A stretch of DNA of 43,387 nt from the IMG/VR virus record IMGVR_UViG_3300049139_000071, positions 1 to 43,387 of that record; one strand, written 5' to 3'. The DNA comes from a virus (lineage: Duplodnaviria > Caudoviricetes). Shown one piece after another: positions 42,358 through 43,387 of this stretch. Below the pieces are notes generated by a model. The model did no database searches. It was not told the origin of the DNA and saw only the letters and a program-made list of their open reading frames with translations. The stretch's first letter is position 1. The number at the start of each line of letters is the position of its first letter. The position numbers were made by a program, and so were the translations under genes.

Positions 42358-42371
42358 GGAGACAGCAAACA

Positions 42372-42947
42372 ATGGCATACGATTTCAACAACGCGCAGGA
42401 ACAGCGAGAAGGCGGACTGATCCCGGACGGCACGACCGGCGTGGTTCACATGACGATCCGGCCCGGCAATTCGGGTGAGGGTGGATGGCTGAAGCGGTCA
42501 AAGGCCGGCAACAGCCAGATGCTCGATTGCGAGTTCACCATCGTGGATGGACCGCACGCCAAGCGGAAATTCTGGTCTCTTTTCACCGTCGAGGGCACTA
42601 CGGATGGCCACGCGAAGGCGGCTGAAATCTCGGCATCTCGTCTGCGTGGCATCCTCGAAAGCGCTCGCGGGATTAGGCCGGACGACGAATCCGATGCAGC
42701 CAAGAACGCCCGTCGCGTCTCCTCGTGGGGCGACTTCGACGGCGTTCGCTTCGTTGCCAAGATCGGCATTGAGCAGGGCAAGGACGGCTACAAGGACAAG
42801 AACACCTTGGAGGCCGCCGTCACGCCTGATCGCAAGGCGTGGGTGAAGGTGGAGCAGGTTGCGAAGCAGACGCCGATGGTGTCGGCGCCGGCAATGCAGG
42901 CGGCTCAGGCGGCGCAACCCTCGGCGAGCAAGCCCGCATGGGCGTAG
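42372..42947 (+). CDS. ssDNA-binding protein (DUF669-like)
   Basis: DFNNA..LIPDGT..LDCEFTIVDGPHAKRKFW..KIGIE..KN..KPAWA; follows the Sak4-like gene. Confidence 0.75.
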   Translation: MAYDFNNAQEQREGGLIPDGTTGVVHMTIRPGNSGEGGWLKRSKAGNSQMLDCEFTIVDGPHAKRKFWSLFTVEGTTDGHAKAAEISASRLRGILESARGIRPDDESDAAKNARRVSSWGDFDGVRFVAKIGIEQGKDGYKDKNTLEAAVTPDRKAWVKVEQVAKQTPMVSAPAMQAAQAAQPSASKPAWA

Positions 42948-43387
42948 CAGCCAAGGTAAAGCCGGAAGGCGTCAGGACGGACGACGAGTGGCAGGTGTAT
43001 GCCACTCAGTCGGCCATCGCCGCAGCGCGCTCAGTCCTCACGGGCGACGGTATCAACCAGCGCGCCATGATAGGCTCTCTCTCCGAACTGGAATGGGGGT
43101 GGATCGTGGCGGCTGCCATCTTCGAATGGATCAAGGTTCGTGCGGAGCAGGCGACAGCCGAGGGCACTGATTACGAGCTGCCGATCCGCACGATGCACGG
43201 GCGCGACCCGGGGCCGTGGGAGGCGGGAGCGGTTGCTTCGATCCTGCCGGCGCTCGGCAACCTGCCCGGCCTCGATTGGGAGAAGCCCCTTGGCCAGTGG
43301 CACAAGGACCAGATCACGTCCTTTGCCTGGCAGATTCACAAGCTGACCGTTGCGGCGTTAGCCGCACGGGACGAAGGCGCGACCGAC
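42938..43387 (+). CDS. 5' part of a conserved hypothetical protein continuing across the junction to 252
   Basis: MGVAAKVKPEGVRTDDEW..; open to the window end and in frame with position 1. Confidence 0.82.
   Translation, partial: MGVAAKVKPEGVRTDDEWQVYATQSAIAAARSVLTGDGINQRAMIGSLSELEWGWIVAAAIFEWIKVRAEQATAEGTDYELPIRTMHGRDPGPWEAGAVASILPALGNLPGLDWEKPLGQWHKDQITSFAWQIHKLTVAALAARDEGATD
43256..43387 (+). repeat. Terminal direct repeat, right copy
   Basis: Matches 1-132 with one mismatch. Confidence 0.95.

Larger units (their letters stand above)
1..43387. mobile_element. Complete temperate P22-like podophage genome, circularly closed, probable alphaproteobacterial host
   Basis: Terminase, P22-type portal/coat/gp10, lysis genes, integrase with attP, cI/cro and replication genes are all present; ends overlap; no host genes seen. 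Confidence 0.93.

Noticed and set aside
43256-43387. Biological direct terminal repeat
   Set aside because: Falls mid-gene, its length is close to common assembly k-mer overlaps, and P22/Sf6-type packaging is normally headful

Overview
The window looks like one complete, circularly closed genome (about 43.26 kb unique) of a temperate P22-like podophage. Bases 1-132 recur at 43256-43387 with one synonymous mismatch, and one ORF reads through the junction. The host is inferred to be an alphaproteobacterium from a GcrA homologue, a perfect CtrA box and high GC. The early right operon (38011 to the end, then 1-4269) carries cro, an HNH, a GcrA-like protein, a DnaA-domain-IV-like HTH, VRR-NUC, a Sak4-like ATPase, an SSB-like protein, another HNH, a PD-(D/E)XK nuclease, a primase-helicase, a probable origin and a NusG-family factor. 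The late operon (about 4500-27768) carries small ORFs, terminase, P22-type portal/scaffold/coat, tail, ejection proteins, fibres, lysis genes and a metallophosphoesterase. The left operon (37041 down to 27707) holds many small ORFs, xis, a tyrosine integrase and an attP containing the 5' half of tRNA-Leu(TAA). cI sits at 37191-37925 with lambda-like operator arrays. The most notable observations are: (1) a 131-nt tRNA-shaped RNA with rebuilt anticodon and variable arms downstream of cro; (2) a late-gene control region with a CtrA box, a structured leader and a phage NusG paralogue, plus GcrA- and DnaA-like genes, suggesting coupling to the host cell cycle; (3) integration that replaces the 5' half and promoter of a tRNA; (4) a small Tat-signal protein carrying a tail-fibre HxH motif. 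All family assignments are from motif recognition by eye; no database search was run.
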